Shown one piece after another: positions 10,289 to 19,224 of a stretch of DNA of 64,000 bases (positions are counted from its first letter, which is position 1; the number at the start of each line of letters is the position of its first letter). This stretch comes from an uncultured Methanosarcinales archaeon (GTDB taxonomy: Archaea; Nanobdellota; Nanobdellia; Woesearchaeales; GW2011-AR15). The position numbers were made by a program, and so were the translations under genes. The DNA lies in contig CAYTWW010000002.1 of NCBI GenBank assembly GCA_964441565.1, positions 88,032-152,031 of the forward strand. Reading direction: 5' to 3'. Below the pieces are notes generated by a model. That model worked only from the letters and a program-made list of their open reading frames with translations, had not been told where the DNA came from and made no database searches.

Positions 10289-10469
10289 TTTTGTTTAGCT
10301 TTGTCAGGATCTTTGCGATATTCTTCCTGACCTTCTTGATCTGTCCCGGACTCTTCAGGGTCGTGCCTGTCGCTACCTGCGCATTTAGCTTGATGAGTTC
10401 TTTTTTCATCTCTGACATGGCAGTCTGGAGCTCTTCCGGACTTTTGGAGTTGATTTCCTTATTCTTCAT
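10281..10469 (-). CDS. rpl29: 50S ribosomal protein uL29
   Basis: PGQIKKVRKNIAKILT. Confidence 0.93.
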   Translation of the reverse strand: MKNKEINSKSPEELQTAMSEMKKELIKLNAQVATGTTLKSPGQIKKVRKNIAKILTKLNKNE

Positions 10470-11199
10470 TTTTCTCTTCTTTCTTCTTTTTAGCTCTGGC
10501 CTTCTTAGGCTTCGCTTCCTTGACCTCGGCCTTCACCTCAGCCTTGACCTCTTCTGCGATGGCCTCGGCCTCAGTGCCCTTGACCTCTTCGACAGTAGCC
10601 TCGAAAGGCACCATCTTGACGTCGTCCGGGACCCTTGTGTCAGGTGGCATGATGCTTACCTTGATCCCGACGACACCTGTCTTGAGCTTTGCGATGGCGA
10701 ATGCCACGTCCACGCTCGTGAGAGCGAAGTCGCCGCATTTCTTGAGATATCCCTGGTAGAATCTCCAGGTCCTAGCCCTTGCGCTTGGGATCTTTCCTGA
10801 TATCAGGATCTCGATCCCTCTTGCGCCTGAGCTCATGACGTCTGTCATCGACTTGTGGCCGATGCCCTTGAACCTCATGGATCCGAATTTCTCGAGAGAG
10901 TTCGCGATCCTGTCTGCTACGACCTGTGAGACCAGGTTGACGTTAGGGACTTCGCTTATCTCGATCTGCGGATTCTCGAGCGAGAACCTCTTCTTGAGGT
11001 TCTTTGTGAGCTTCTTGATGTTCGATCCTCCTCCGCCGATGATAAGGCCTGGCCTTGAGGCATATATCACGATCTTCTCTCCGAGAGGGGTCCTCTGGAT
11101 CTTTGTGTGCGAAAGTCCGACTCCTCTGAGATTCTCAGCGATATACTCCTGGATCTGGAACTCCTTGATCTTCTGAGTGACGATTTCTCTCTCAATCAT
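10459..11199 (-). CDS. rps3: 30S ribosomal protein uS3
   Basis: RPGLIIGGGG KH motif, GARGIEILISGK, GIKVSI. Confidence 0.97.
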   Translation of the reverse strand: MIEREIVTQKIKEFQIQEYIAENLRGVGLSHTKIQRTPLGEKIVIYASRPGLIIGGGGSNIKKLTKNLKKRFSLENPQIEISEVPNVNLVSQVVADRIANSLEKFGSMRFKGIGHKSMTDVMSSGARGIEILISGKIPSARARTWRFYQGYLKKCGDFALTSVDVAFAIAKLKTGVVGIKVSIMPPDTRVPDDVKMVPFEATVEEVKGTEAEAIAEEVKAEVKAEVKEAKPKKARAKKKKEEKNEE

Positions 11200-11638
11200 T
11201 TTTAACCTTCTCCTGCTCGGCGAGCACGACCTCTACATGTGTCCTCTTCATCTTCCTTCTCCTGAGCCTTCCGAAATGCCAGGGGCTGGAGGCCTTGTGC
11301 GCGACCATATAGACGATGTAAAGATCGCTTCCGAGCCCTTTGGCTCGTGCATTTGATTCTGCGCTCTCGATGAGCGACATGATCATCTTTGCTGCAGTGA
11401 CAGGGTACCTTCCGGCAGCGATGCCTGGCTTGTGGCCTGTATCCCTGTTGAACCTCTTCATAGGCACTGCCTTCTTCTTGATGATGACCTGTGCGAGGAA
11501 TCTCTTGGCAGCGGCTGTGCTCTTGCCCCTGCATGCGCTGCATATCTCGACAGACTGCTTCATGGAGATGCTGAGGTTCTTGCCCACAGCGAAAGCCATG
11601 TTCTCCTTGAGGCCCTGATAGCTGAGAGTGTATTCCAT
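11192..11638 (-). CDS. rpl22: 50S ribosomal protein uL22
   Basis: ISMKQSVEIC, GRYP, AESNA, THVEVVL. Confidence 0.96.
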   Translation of the reverse strand: MEYTLSYQGLKENMAFAVGKNLSISMKQSVEICSACRGKSTAAAKRFLAQVIIKKKAVPMKRFNRDTGHKPGIAAGRYPVTAAKMIMSLIESAESNARAKGLGSDLYIVYMVAHKASSPWHFGRLRRRKMKRTHVEVVLAEQEKVKND

Positions 11639-11640
11639 CT

Positions 11641-12024
11641 TTACCTCACCGAGATCGCTGCGCTCGATTTTGTCGCGCCGATTCCTGGAGCGCTGTGGTT
11701 GACCCTTCTCCTTGTGAGCGAGAACTCTCCAAGGTAGTGGCCGACCATCTCTGCTGTGATCAGGATCGAGACATACTCCTTCCCATTGAAGACCTTGATC
11801 GTCTTGTCTACCATCTCTGGCACGACGACCATGTCCCTGCAGTGGGTCCTGAGGTTCTTGTCATTCTTCCTGATCTTCTCCATGACCTTCTTGTGCTCTT
11901 CAGATGTGCCCCTCTTCAGGGACCTTCTCTGCCTCGAGTTCATCAGCTTGGATACCTCAGGGATAGACATCTGCTGGATCTCGTCCAGCGTCTTTCCCCT
12001 GTAAAAAAATTCTTTCTTAGCCAT
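11641..12024 (-). CDS. rps19: 30S ribosomal protein uS19
   Basis: [30 protein letters not shown]. Confidence 0.97.
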   Translation of the reverse strand: MAKKEFFYRGKTLDEIQQMSIPEVSKLMNSRQRRSLKRGTSEEHKKVMEKIRKNDKNLRTHCRDMVVVPEMVDKTIKVFNGKEYVSILITAEMVGHYLGEFSLTRRRVNHSAPGIGATKSSAAISVR

Positions 12025-12029
12025 TTTGT

Positions 12030-12734
12030 CTACCTTTTCCTGCCTGTCCTTTTTGGATGCATCTTACCGACGTTCCTTCCAGGTGGCGCGTTCTTTGGAG
12101 CTATGGTTGGGAATCCCTTCTTGGATGACCTCGATGTTCCGAATGGATGGTCCACTGCGTTCATCGACTGTCCCTTTACTCTAGGCCACAGCTTGTTCCT
12201 TGCCTTCATATAATGGAATCTTGTACCTGCCTTCAGGAAAGGCTTGTCCTTCCTTCCAGCCCCTGCGATGAGCCCTATGCTTGCCCTGCAGCTTGGATTG
12301 AATGATTTCTGCTTCTTGGATGGAAGCTGGACAATGACCTGCCCATCCCTCTGCGCGACGACCTTGGCATACGCTCCTCCTGCTCGGACGAACTTGCCTC
12401 CATCGCCTGGCATAGACTCGATATTGAATACTTCGGTACCGACAGGGATGCTTGACAGCGGCATTACATTGCCTGTGGCGACGCCTGCCTCTGTGCCCAT
12501 CTTGATCATGTTGCCGACACGAAGGCCAGCTGCTGCGATCATGTAGCTCTCCTCTCCGTTGTCGAGCCTGACCTTGGCCAGCGGAGCTGAATGGCCTGGA
12601 CACTTGACGAAATCCTCGATCCTTCCTTCGCTCTCCCCGCGTGCGTACTTGACCTCTGCCTTGTACCTGAAGCTGGGAGCCGTGTATCGCGGGCCTCCCC
12701 TTCCTCGTGCCTGTGAAATTATATTCTTACCCAT
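12030..12734 (-). CDS. rpl2: 50S ribosomal protein uL2
   Basis: [34 protein letters not shown]. Confidence 0.98.
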   Translation of the reverse strand: MGKNIISQARGRGGPRYTAPSFRYKAEVKYARGESEGRIEDFVKCPGHSAPLAKVRLDNGEESYMIAAAGLRVGNMIKMGTEAGVATGNVMPLSSIPVGTEVFNIESMPGDGGKFVRAGGAYAKVVAQRDGQVIVQLPSKKQKSFNPSCRASIGLIAGAGRKDKPFLKAGTRFHYMKARNKLWPRVKGQSMNAVDHPFGTSRSSKKGFPTIAPKNAPPGRNVGKMHPKRTGRKR

Positions 12735-12735
12735 C

Positions 12736-12993
12736 TTACATCAGCCCCAATTGGGTGGCGATATCTATGGCCGGCGTCTCGTCAGAGAAGGTGATGTATG
12801 CCTTCTTCCTGGCATCCGGTCCGATAGCGGTGTTGACTTTCTTTATCTTGACCTTGTACATATCTTCGACAGCCTGCTTGATCTCTTTCTTGTCAGCCTT
12901 GATGTCGACGATGAAGACAAGCGTGTTCTTGGATTCCATAAGCCTTATGGACTTTTCCGTCGCAAGCGGATATTTTATGATGTCTGTGACCAT
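12736..12993 (-). CDS. rpl23: 50S ribosomal protein uL23
   Basis: PLATEK, NTLVFIVD, KKAYI. Confidence 0.96.
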   Translation of the reverse strand: MVTDIIKYPLATEKSIRLMESKNTLVFIVDIKADKKEIKQAVEDMYKVKIKKVNTAIGPDARKKAYITFSDETPAIDIATQLGLM

Positions 12994-12994
12994 T

Positions 12995-13855
12995 TTACAG
13001 TTCCTTCTTCACGCTTTTTCTCTTTGGCTTCTCGACAGCAGCCTCTGCTGTCTTCTCAAGGAATAGTCCCTCTGAGAATTTCTCGAGCGCCTTGTCTGTG
13101 AATATTGCCAGCCTTCCGCATACGCCGCCTGGCGCAAGGAGCTCTGCATTCACGTTCTTGGCAAGGCAGACCTGGACCCCAGGTATGTTCTTGGCAGCTC
13201 CCATGAGCTTGCATTTCTCTGAGACGATGATCACAGGCCCGATCTTGCTGACCTTCCTCCTTCCCCTCATCTTTGCCTTTCCAGCACCGACCTTCTTCTC
13301 AGATACTCTCTCGAGCTCCTTGTCGAGTCCTAGCTTGCTGAGCAGGTCCAGGACTTCCTTTGTCTTGCTCAGTCCTTCTGTTCCTGCATCGACGACAAGA
13401 GGGTACTCGGCGATGACATGGCCTCTCTTTGCCACAAGCTCCTTCTGGACGCTTGCCGAGAGAGCTGACCTTATCGCTTTCCTCTTCTCCTTGATATTGA
13501 TCTTCTGTGATACGACCTTGTCGATCTGTGGAGGATGTGCCCTCCTTCCGCCGACGGTGTTAGGTGCGACAGCTCCCACCCAGTTGAACCTTGTTCCCCT
13601 GTGGGACATGATCTTCCTTGGGACCCTGGAGATACCGTGGCCATAGGCTGCTTTCCAGTCTCTCCTTCTCCTGGAGAGCTTTCCTTTCTGCCTCCTACCT
13701 GCATCTGGCTTTGCTCCATAAACCTGGGCCTTGTGGCTCCTGATGGCAAGCACTGCCCTCTTGATGAGGTCTGGCCTTATCTCTTCATCGAACTGCTTGG
13801 GGAATGTGACATCCCCCTTTGCTGTTCCTGTGAGTGTCTTGACTGTAGCTTTCAT
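12995..13855 (-). CDS. rpl4: 50S ribosomal protein uL4
   Basis: RPDLIKRAV, GISRVPR, GGRRAHPP, LLAPGG. Confidence 0.97.
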   Translation of the reverse strand: MKATVKTLTGTAKGDVTFPKQFDEEIRPDLIKRAVLAIRSHKAQVYGAKPDAGRRQKGKLSRRRRDWKAAYGHGISRVPRKIMSHRGTRFNWVGAVAPNTVGGRRAHPPQIDKVVSQKINIKEKRKAIRSALSASVQKELVAKRGHVIAEYPLVVDAGTEGLSKTKEVLDLLSKLGLDKELERVSEKKVGAGKAKMRGRRKVSKIGPVIIVSEKCKLMGAAKNIPGVQVCLAKNVNAELLAPGGVCGRLAIFTDKALEKFSEGLFLEKTAEAAVEKPKRKSVKKEL

Positions 13856-13857
13856 TT

Positions 13858-14847
13858 TTATCTGCCCTGCTTGGATGACTTGCTGATATAGACTATGTTC
13901 GGCACTTCCTTTGTCTTCTTAGGGTTAGGCCTTATCGATGGCGTGAAGATGATGAGCCTCTTCTTTGGGCCTGGTACCGATCCCTCTAGGAGGACGTAGT
14001 CGTTCTTGACAGTCCCGTAGTGCGTGATGCCTCCCTCCTGGGAGACCTCGGTCGCATCAGCAGAGATCTTTGCGATCCGCTTGTTGTATTCTGTCCTCTG
14101 GTGGAAACCCATCTTTCCTGAATGCGCGACCCTCCACATGATGTGGGCCTGTGCGCACCATGGACCAAGTGAGCCTGGATTCCTTGTGGACTTCTCAGAC
14201 TTCTTCTGCCTGAGTGATATACCGAATTTCCTGACAGCTCCCTGGAAGCCTTTCCCCTTGGTGATCGCATGCACGTCGACCTGGTCGCCTTCCTTGTAGA
14301 CATCCGATATCCTGATATCCTTTCCGATATTCTGCTTGGCATATGCGAGCTTCTCCTCGACACTGCCCCCCATCCTCAGCTCGAACATCTCAGGCTTCTT
14401 CTTGATGCCTGTGAACTTTGGCTGGGTGTAGACCATGATCCTTACTTCTGTGAAATCCTTTGCGTCGATCGCCTCTAGCTCCTTCGCAGGATCAGTCTCT
14501 TTCTTGGAACCGATGATCTTCCTCTCCGCTTCCTTGTCAAGCTTTGCTCTTATCTCCTTGACGAGCCTCAGCGTAGGTCCCTTCTTGTAGAACCTGACTG
14601 ATGCGATTTTGATCGGAGGACATTCGACTATTGTTATCGGAACACATATCTCTTCCCCTTTTGTCGACGAGTTCTTGTAGTTGTCGACAACCATCATGTG
14701 GGACATCCCGACCTTGTAGCCGGAGAACCCTAGCATCTTGCAATCCTTGACTGCGGGAGCATTCCTCACTCTAGCATATGACCTCTTTGCTCTGACTCTG
14801 GGCCAAAATTGTAGTGATCCTTGCCTTGGGCTTCTTGTTGTTGCCAT
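13858..14847 (-). CDS. rpl3: 50S ribosomal protein uL3
   Basis: PRQGSLQFWPR, GYKVGM, TKGKGFQG, GFHQRTEYNK, GSVPGPKKR. Confidence 0.98.
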   Translation of the reverse strand: MATTRSPRQGSLQFWPRVRAKRSYARVRNAPAVKDCKMLGFSGYKVGMSHMMVVDNYKNSSTKGEEICVPITIVECPPIKIASVRFYKKGPTLRLVKEIRAKLDKEAERKIIGSKKETDPAKELEAIDAKDFTEVRIMVYTQPKFTGIKKKPEMFELRMGGSVEEKLAYAKQNIGKDIRISDVYKEGDQVDVHAITKGKGFQGAVRKFGISLRQKKSEKSTRNPGSLGPWCAQAHIMWRVAHSGKMGFHQRTEYNKRIAKISADATEVSQEGGITHYGTVKNDYVLLEGSVPGPKKRLIIFTPSIRPNPKKTKEVPNIVYISKSSKQGR

Positions 14848-14995
14848 TTTTAACTCTATCTTGTTTTATATTGCCTTGATATGACCTATTGTTGAGGCAC
14901 ATGCGGCAGAAGACTTCAGCGCCGCGAACCTCTTTTCAGGTCAGCTAAACATAATCATATTATGTTTTTAGTGCGGTCTAGAAATTGCAGGTTCC

Positions 14996-15003
14996 TTATA
15001 AAT
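14996..15003 (-). promoter_or_regulatory. Candidate TATA box of the ribosomal superoperon
   Basis: Minus strand reads ATTTATAA about 150 nt upstream of the rpl3 ATG. Confidence 0.4.
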
Positions 15004-15155
15004 CTTGCTAAGGCTTAGGTTATAATGAAATCCTTGGTATTTGAGATGAAGTTGATTAAAACAGTACACGATGCATAAAGCTGCGCATGTTTGGTACATG
15101 CACCAAGGGATTGATTGAATCACTGAGGTTAGGAGGCGTGCCTAAGGCCATGAAG

Positions 15156-15546
15156 AATCACCAAGGCACTTAGGACTTCGTCCTGGTGCCACTCGCGGTA
15201 CTCGTGGTGCTGAGGACTTGCGTCCTGGCATTACTCGATTTTCTCGTAACTTCCGATTTACCTGCTTTTACATACTCACGGAATCACCAAGGTACTAAGG
15301 ACTGCGTCCTCGTATCACTCGAAGTATCTCGTGATTCCGATATTCGGCGTGAGCAATCTCGCCGATCGGAATTATGGAACGTCAATATTTTTTCCAGGTC
15401 TCTTTTTGAGGCGTTTGACTCCATTCGGAGTAATTTCATACCTAGACATTTCAAACAAAGAGATTTTCAGAACGGAAAAAGGACGAAAAGACTATGCCTA
15501 ACTCTCCTCAGTGCACCAATCCCAATAAGGGAGCCTCTGGCACTTC
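15156..15546. repeat. Dispersed structured element, copy A (three 5' hairpin modules)
   Basis: AATCACCAAGGCACT-AGGAC-loop-GTCCT modules; TTCCGAT..ATCGGAA; TTTTTCCAGGTCTC..GAGATTTTCAG; CTCC..TGCAC..GGGAGCCTCTGGCACTTC; motifs shared with copies at 21001, 24265 and 43522. Confidence 0.85.
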
Positions 15547-15601
15547 TCTTTCCATACTTGATCACCACAGGTTCTGAGGAAGGGTGATTCTGTTTCAGTT
15601 A

Positions 15602-15865
15602 CTACGTCGGATGCGTATGATAGTATTTCAGCACACCGACAGTGAACCTGCCTTCTTCAGGCTCCCGTATGAACACGCAGAGCACAAGATGACGCTCTGA
15701 ATCAGATCTCTTGGAATTCACTTGGGAGGTTATGTTGATGCATCTCGCATGCACAGTGGCCTTCCTTTCTGGGAAATGCTCAACTTCGACACCCGCCGAG
15801 CTGATGTTATAGCTGACAGTGTCCGCATCTTCCCCGAGGAATTCCATCAGCTCGTCTTTTATCAT
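15602..15865 (-). CDS. Hypothetical protein
   Basis: 87-aa ATG ORF, upstream TATA-like TTTTATATA on the minus strand; no recognised motif. Confidence 0.55.
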   Translation of the reverse strand: MIKDELMEFLGEDADTVSYNISSAGVEVEHFPERKATVHARCINITSQVNSKRSDSERHLVLCVFIREPEEGRFTVGVLKYYHTHPT

Positions 15866-15963
15866 CCATGGAAAAACGTCAGGATTCTATATAAAATATC
15901 CCGCTATCTGATAAAAGGAATTGAGTGCCATGCCATCTGCCCCATTGCAGATAGATTCACATC

Positions 15964-17226
15964 CTAACCGATGCAGCTGCCATCCCTCCTCATACCCTTG
16001 GCGCATCTCCCATCCCACGCAAGCTTATCGATAGGAAGAAGACCCTCTTTTAGGATGATAACACCCTGCTTGTTCTTCAGGGAGAACCTTGGAGAGACAG
16101 AGAAGAGACCATCTGCCCCGATTTTCCCTGACAACCTTGTGTTCGTAGAATTGTCTGATATGAAATAGTAGCTCAGGTCAAGCTCTTCATCTCCCTGGTT
16201 ATGCAGGATAATCTGTTCGTTCCCCTCATCCTTGCCATCTGGATTATAGAGGACCTCTTGTATCTTGAGCTGCCCTTCCTCCACCCTCTCGTAGTCAGCC
16301 TCCCTCAGTATTTCGAACTCTTCGACAAACTTCCCCGCGATGGCCGCATCGTGGATGATGATGATGTTCTCATCATTCCTCTCATTGGCGTTCTTAGTGG
16401 GATTGAAGCTGCCTGTTATCACAGTCGCATTGTCTATGATGAACACCTTGTGGTGCATTGTCCCCGGGTTCCTGTCGAGTATCGAGAACTCTGATAATCC
16501 TGAGAACTGTGAATAGGAGGACTCCTGCCTCTTCTCGAAGACACCTCTTACATCGAGACCTTCATGCCACAGGTTGTAAAGTTGATTGGCGATATCCTCA
16601 TCTGTGAAAGAGAAAGTCATGAAGTATGCTGAGCTTTTGGCTGCCTTCAGCTCCTGGAGGACTTGGAGCTTGCAGTTGTCCTCAGGGCAGAAGTAGTTCT
16701 CGACTGGTATCCCTCCCAGTTGGACCCCTGTGTTCCTGACCTTCCCTCCCTTGCCGTGCTCTCCCCTCTTCAGCTCTTCGAACTCATCGAGATAATTCTC
16801 AGCTATGCTTCGGGATCGTATTATTATTATATTGTTGTTGTTCCTGAAGTTATCGTTCTCAGTAGGATTCATGCTGCCAGTCCATACTATCTCACTGTCG
16901 AAGACGCAGAATTTATTGTGCATGAGCGCAGGAGAATAGTGGCTTGTGAATCCCTCTATTGCCTCGGAATCCTCTATGACTACATCTGCTCCCTTCTCCC
17001 TCAGCATACTCTCGATCTCAGGAAGGTTGAGCTCATAGAATGCGCACTTGATCTCTCCTGCTGAATCGATCAGAGGCAGGAGCACTTCCATGCATCTCTC
17101 TCTTGGACAGAAATAAGCATCTATGGATCCAGCCTCAGATAGGACTGTCTCCTCCCCAGGTGACACGACAATGATGCCAATCAGCATGATAGCGACTATG
17201 ATAAGGATAAGGACAGGAAGCTTCAT
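15964..17226 (-). CDS. Membrane-anchored phospholipase D-family protein (two HKD motifs) with C-terminal lamin-tail domain
   Basis: N-terminal TM; MHNKFCVFD..TGSMN and MHHKVFIID..TGSFN; IQEVLYNPDGKDEGNEQIILHN LTD-type motif; start re-called at MKLPVL. Confidence 0.88.
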   Translation of the reverse strand: MKLPVLILIIVAIMLIGIIVVSPGEETVLSEAGSIDAYFCPRERCMEVLLPLIDSAGEIKCAFYELNLPEIESMLREKGADVVIEDSEAIEGFTSHYSPALMHNKFCVFDSEIVWTGSMNPTENDNFRNNNNIIIIRSRSIAENYLDEFEELKRGEHGKGGKVRNTGVQLGGIPVENYFCPEDNCKLQVLQELKAAKSSAYFMTFSFTDEDIANQLYNLWHEGLDVRGVFEKRQESSYSQFSGLSEFSILDRNPGTMHHKVFIIDNATVITGSFNPTKNANERNDENIIIIHDAAIAGKFVEEFEILREADYERVEEGQLKIQEVLYNPDGKDEGNEQIILHNQGDEELDLSYYFISDNSTNTRLSGKIGADGLFSVSPRFSLKNKQGVIILKEGLLPIDKLAWDGRCAKGMRRDGSCIG

Positions 17227-17231
17227 ACTCC

Positions 17232-18056
17232 TCAGACCCTGGATATCCTGAACACAGCTTCTTTCGAGACGCAATCGATGCTCCCATCTGATCTCCTTGC
17301 CACATGTTCATCCTTGTCAGGCCCGACCCTGATAGCGAAGACCAATACCTCCGGACACTGTCCTACCCGGGCAGGGTCATACTTCATCTTTAGGATTGCT
17401 GGTTCGCTGAATGTCATAGAAGGAGCGAATGTGTATGTGTCTGATACGCTGCCCGCACCTGAGATATCTATGGTGAAAAGCTCTTCTCCTGAGGACGGAG
17501 GGAGCTCAATGGTCAATATGCCATCGACCGACTCAAGCTGTGTCCACGCATCATCGTCCATCATGATGGATGAGCTGAAATCCGGATCTACACTTGTGTA
17601 TGGCCTGTCGCCTCTGATAGAGATGACCGACCCCGGAGGCTGGCAGATCATATAAGGATACCTGTCGATCCGGACATCAGGGATCTGGAATGACACCATA
17701 TCCATCCTGTCCTTCACCAAGAACACATTGTTATCAGTATCCAGCTCAGAGGAGATCAGCGGATAGTTCGAGATGATTCCTGAATCCAGGATCTCATTTT
17801 TTCTGCTGCTGTCTATCAGGCAAATCTCCCGGAACTCGTCTGGCAGATCATATTTCAGGTTCTTCTCCGACCCGAATTCGCTGCTGAGTGACTGGAAATC
17901 TGCCTTCATTGTGCTCTGGAGCCTGGTTAGCTGCATCTCCTTACCAGACCTTGCAGCCGCACCTACAGCATAGTAACCGACCATGATTATTGATGCCACC
18001 ACGATAAGCCCGAAGACCATCATCAGCATCTGAGAAGATATCTGTGCTCTTTTCAT
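17232..18056 (-). CDS. Class III signal peptide (archaeal pilin-like) protein
   Basis: MKRAQ followed by a hydrophobic helix (ISSQMLMMVFGLIVVASIIMVGY). Confidence 0.75.
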   Translation of the reverse strand: MKRAQISSQMLMMVFGLIVVASIIMVGYYAVGAAARSGKEMQLTRLQSTMKADFQSLSSEFGSEKNLKYDLPDEFREICLIDSSRKNEILDSGIISNYPLISSELDTDNNVFLVKDRMDMVSFQIPDVRIDRYPYMICQPPGSVISIRGDRPYTSVDPDFSSSIMMDDDAWTQLESVDGILTIELPPSSGEELFTIDISGAGSVSDTYTFAPSMTFSEPAILKMKYDPARVGQCPEVLVFAIRVGPDKDEHVARRSDGSIDCVSKEAVFRISRV

Positions 18057-18130
18057 GTGATACTGATGTCCTAGATCACTATAAAAATATTTTCAACTGC
18101 AGGACACAGGATCAACAAAGGAGTTAATCC

Positions 18131-18412
18131 ATGTTCTTAAAACTTGGTCACAATCTATATAAGGATTCTTCATTAGCAAACGATATGGTGATTCATAGTA
18201 TGCAGGAATTGGTGCACGAGACTTGCCCTTGCTGTTGCAGCTGTGACCTTGAGGAGGATAAGAAGGTCTGGAATCCATTCATAGCAGAGCAGTATGGATT
18301 CTGGGAGAGGAATTCTGCGATCATCAGGTTCCTGACCGGTTTCTTCGCCAAGAAGCAATGCAACATCAAGACGATGGTCTGCAGGAAATGCGGCTATCTC
18401 AAACCATTTTGA
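18131..18412 (+). CDS. Small Cys-rich, probably Zn-binding protein
   Basis: CPCC...CRKCG pairs. Confidence 0.6.
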   Translation: MFLKLGHNLYKDSSLANDMVIHSMQELVHETCPCCCSCDLEEDKKVWNPFIAEQYGFWERNSAIIRFLTGFFAKKQCNIKTMVCRKCGYLKPF

Positions 18413-18949
18413 TTATCTGAACCATCCCGAGCTTTTCTTGAGGCTATGCTTGGTCTCAGGATGGTCTTTTTCTAATTTGTCCAGGAAATCCCCAAGCCTT
18501 GTCTTATATCTCTCGACATATTTCACACTGAGTATACTGCATAATCTCCGGCATTCCTCATCAGAGACAGATATAAGCAGCTTGACATGTTTCTTCCCTC
18601 CAGACCAGAAGTTACCAAGATCCTCTGGCTGCCCTTCAAGATAGCCTTTGATGAAATGCTCGCATTCCATATCAAGGTCCCAGGGCAGGACTATGCTCTG
18701 TGCGTCTGTGCTATATGTCGAATCTTCATAGACGACTTCAAGCGTATATGGCATGTCGCCCAGGATCTGCACGAGGAAGTGCTTTGATAAGGCAAAGAGA
18801 TGGCTGCCATCATCGACGATGCATATCTTTTCCCCTGGTCTTATACCTGCCTCCCTGAGATCCTTCCCTATCCTTTTCTCGATGACTACCAGGAAGCAGG
18901 GGTCGCATATCTCATGCTTCGATTCCCTCTTGCACCTCGCACAGATCAT
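18413..18949 (-). CDS. Zn-finger protein with degenerate PP-loop fold (TtuA/Ncs6/Ctu2-like)
   Basis: CARC..ICDPCF..IEKRI..GEKICI; canonical SGGKDS absent (DDGSHLF). Confidence 0.55.
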   Translation of the reverse strand: MICARCKRESKHEICDPCFLVVIEKRIGKDLREAGIRPGEKICIVDDGSHLFALSKHFLVQILGDMPYTLEVVYEDSTYSTDAQSIVLPWDLDMECEHFIKGYLEGQPEDLGNFWSGGKKHVKLLISVSDEECRRLCSILSVKYVERYKTRLGDFLDKLEKDHPETKHSLKKSSGWFR

Positions 18950-19149
18950 CCTCTCTCGGAAGTGGAGTATCGCTTATATTGGTATTCCATTTTTGTTACT
19001 ACTTTAGAATACTCTCAGTTTCGAAAAGTATTTATATAAGGTGTACTATTCAAAAGTAGAAACAAATCACGTGCTTATTGATAAGCATTCATGATCACCT
19101 CTTTTTCCCTGGAAGCACCCCGCAAGGGGTGCTTCGAGGGTTTTAGTCA

Positions 19150-19190
19150 TTTCTTTGGCTACCTTTCTTTGTGACTGCAAAGAAAGGTAG
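19150..19190. repeat. Short palindromic repeat, copy 1
   Basis: TTTCTTTGG-CTACCTTTCTTTG-tgactg-CAAAGAAAGGTAG; near-identical copy at 28339-28380. Confidence 0.75.
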
Positions 19191-19224
19191 AGTGATATTG
19201 AGATAATAAGAAAAGCCAAATATT

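Noticed and set aside
1662..14478. Many + strand ORFs antisense to ribosomal genes and secY
   Set aside because: Shadow ORFs from codon bias; the minus-strand genes are unambiguous.
15156..15335. Possible CRISPR array
   Set aside because: Only 2-3 degenerate units with similar linkers rather than unique spacers, and no cas genes in the window.
15186..15587. 133-aa + strand ORF (also ORFs 21057-21281, 20933-21133 and 24308-24532)
   Set aside because: They overlie the structured repeat. Indels between copies break frames and there is no protein-like conservation.
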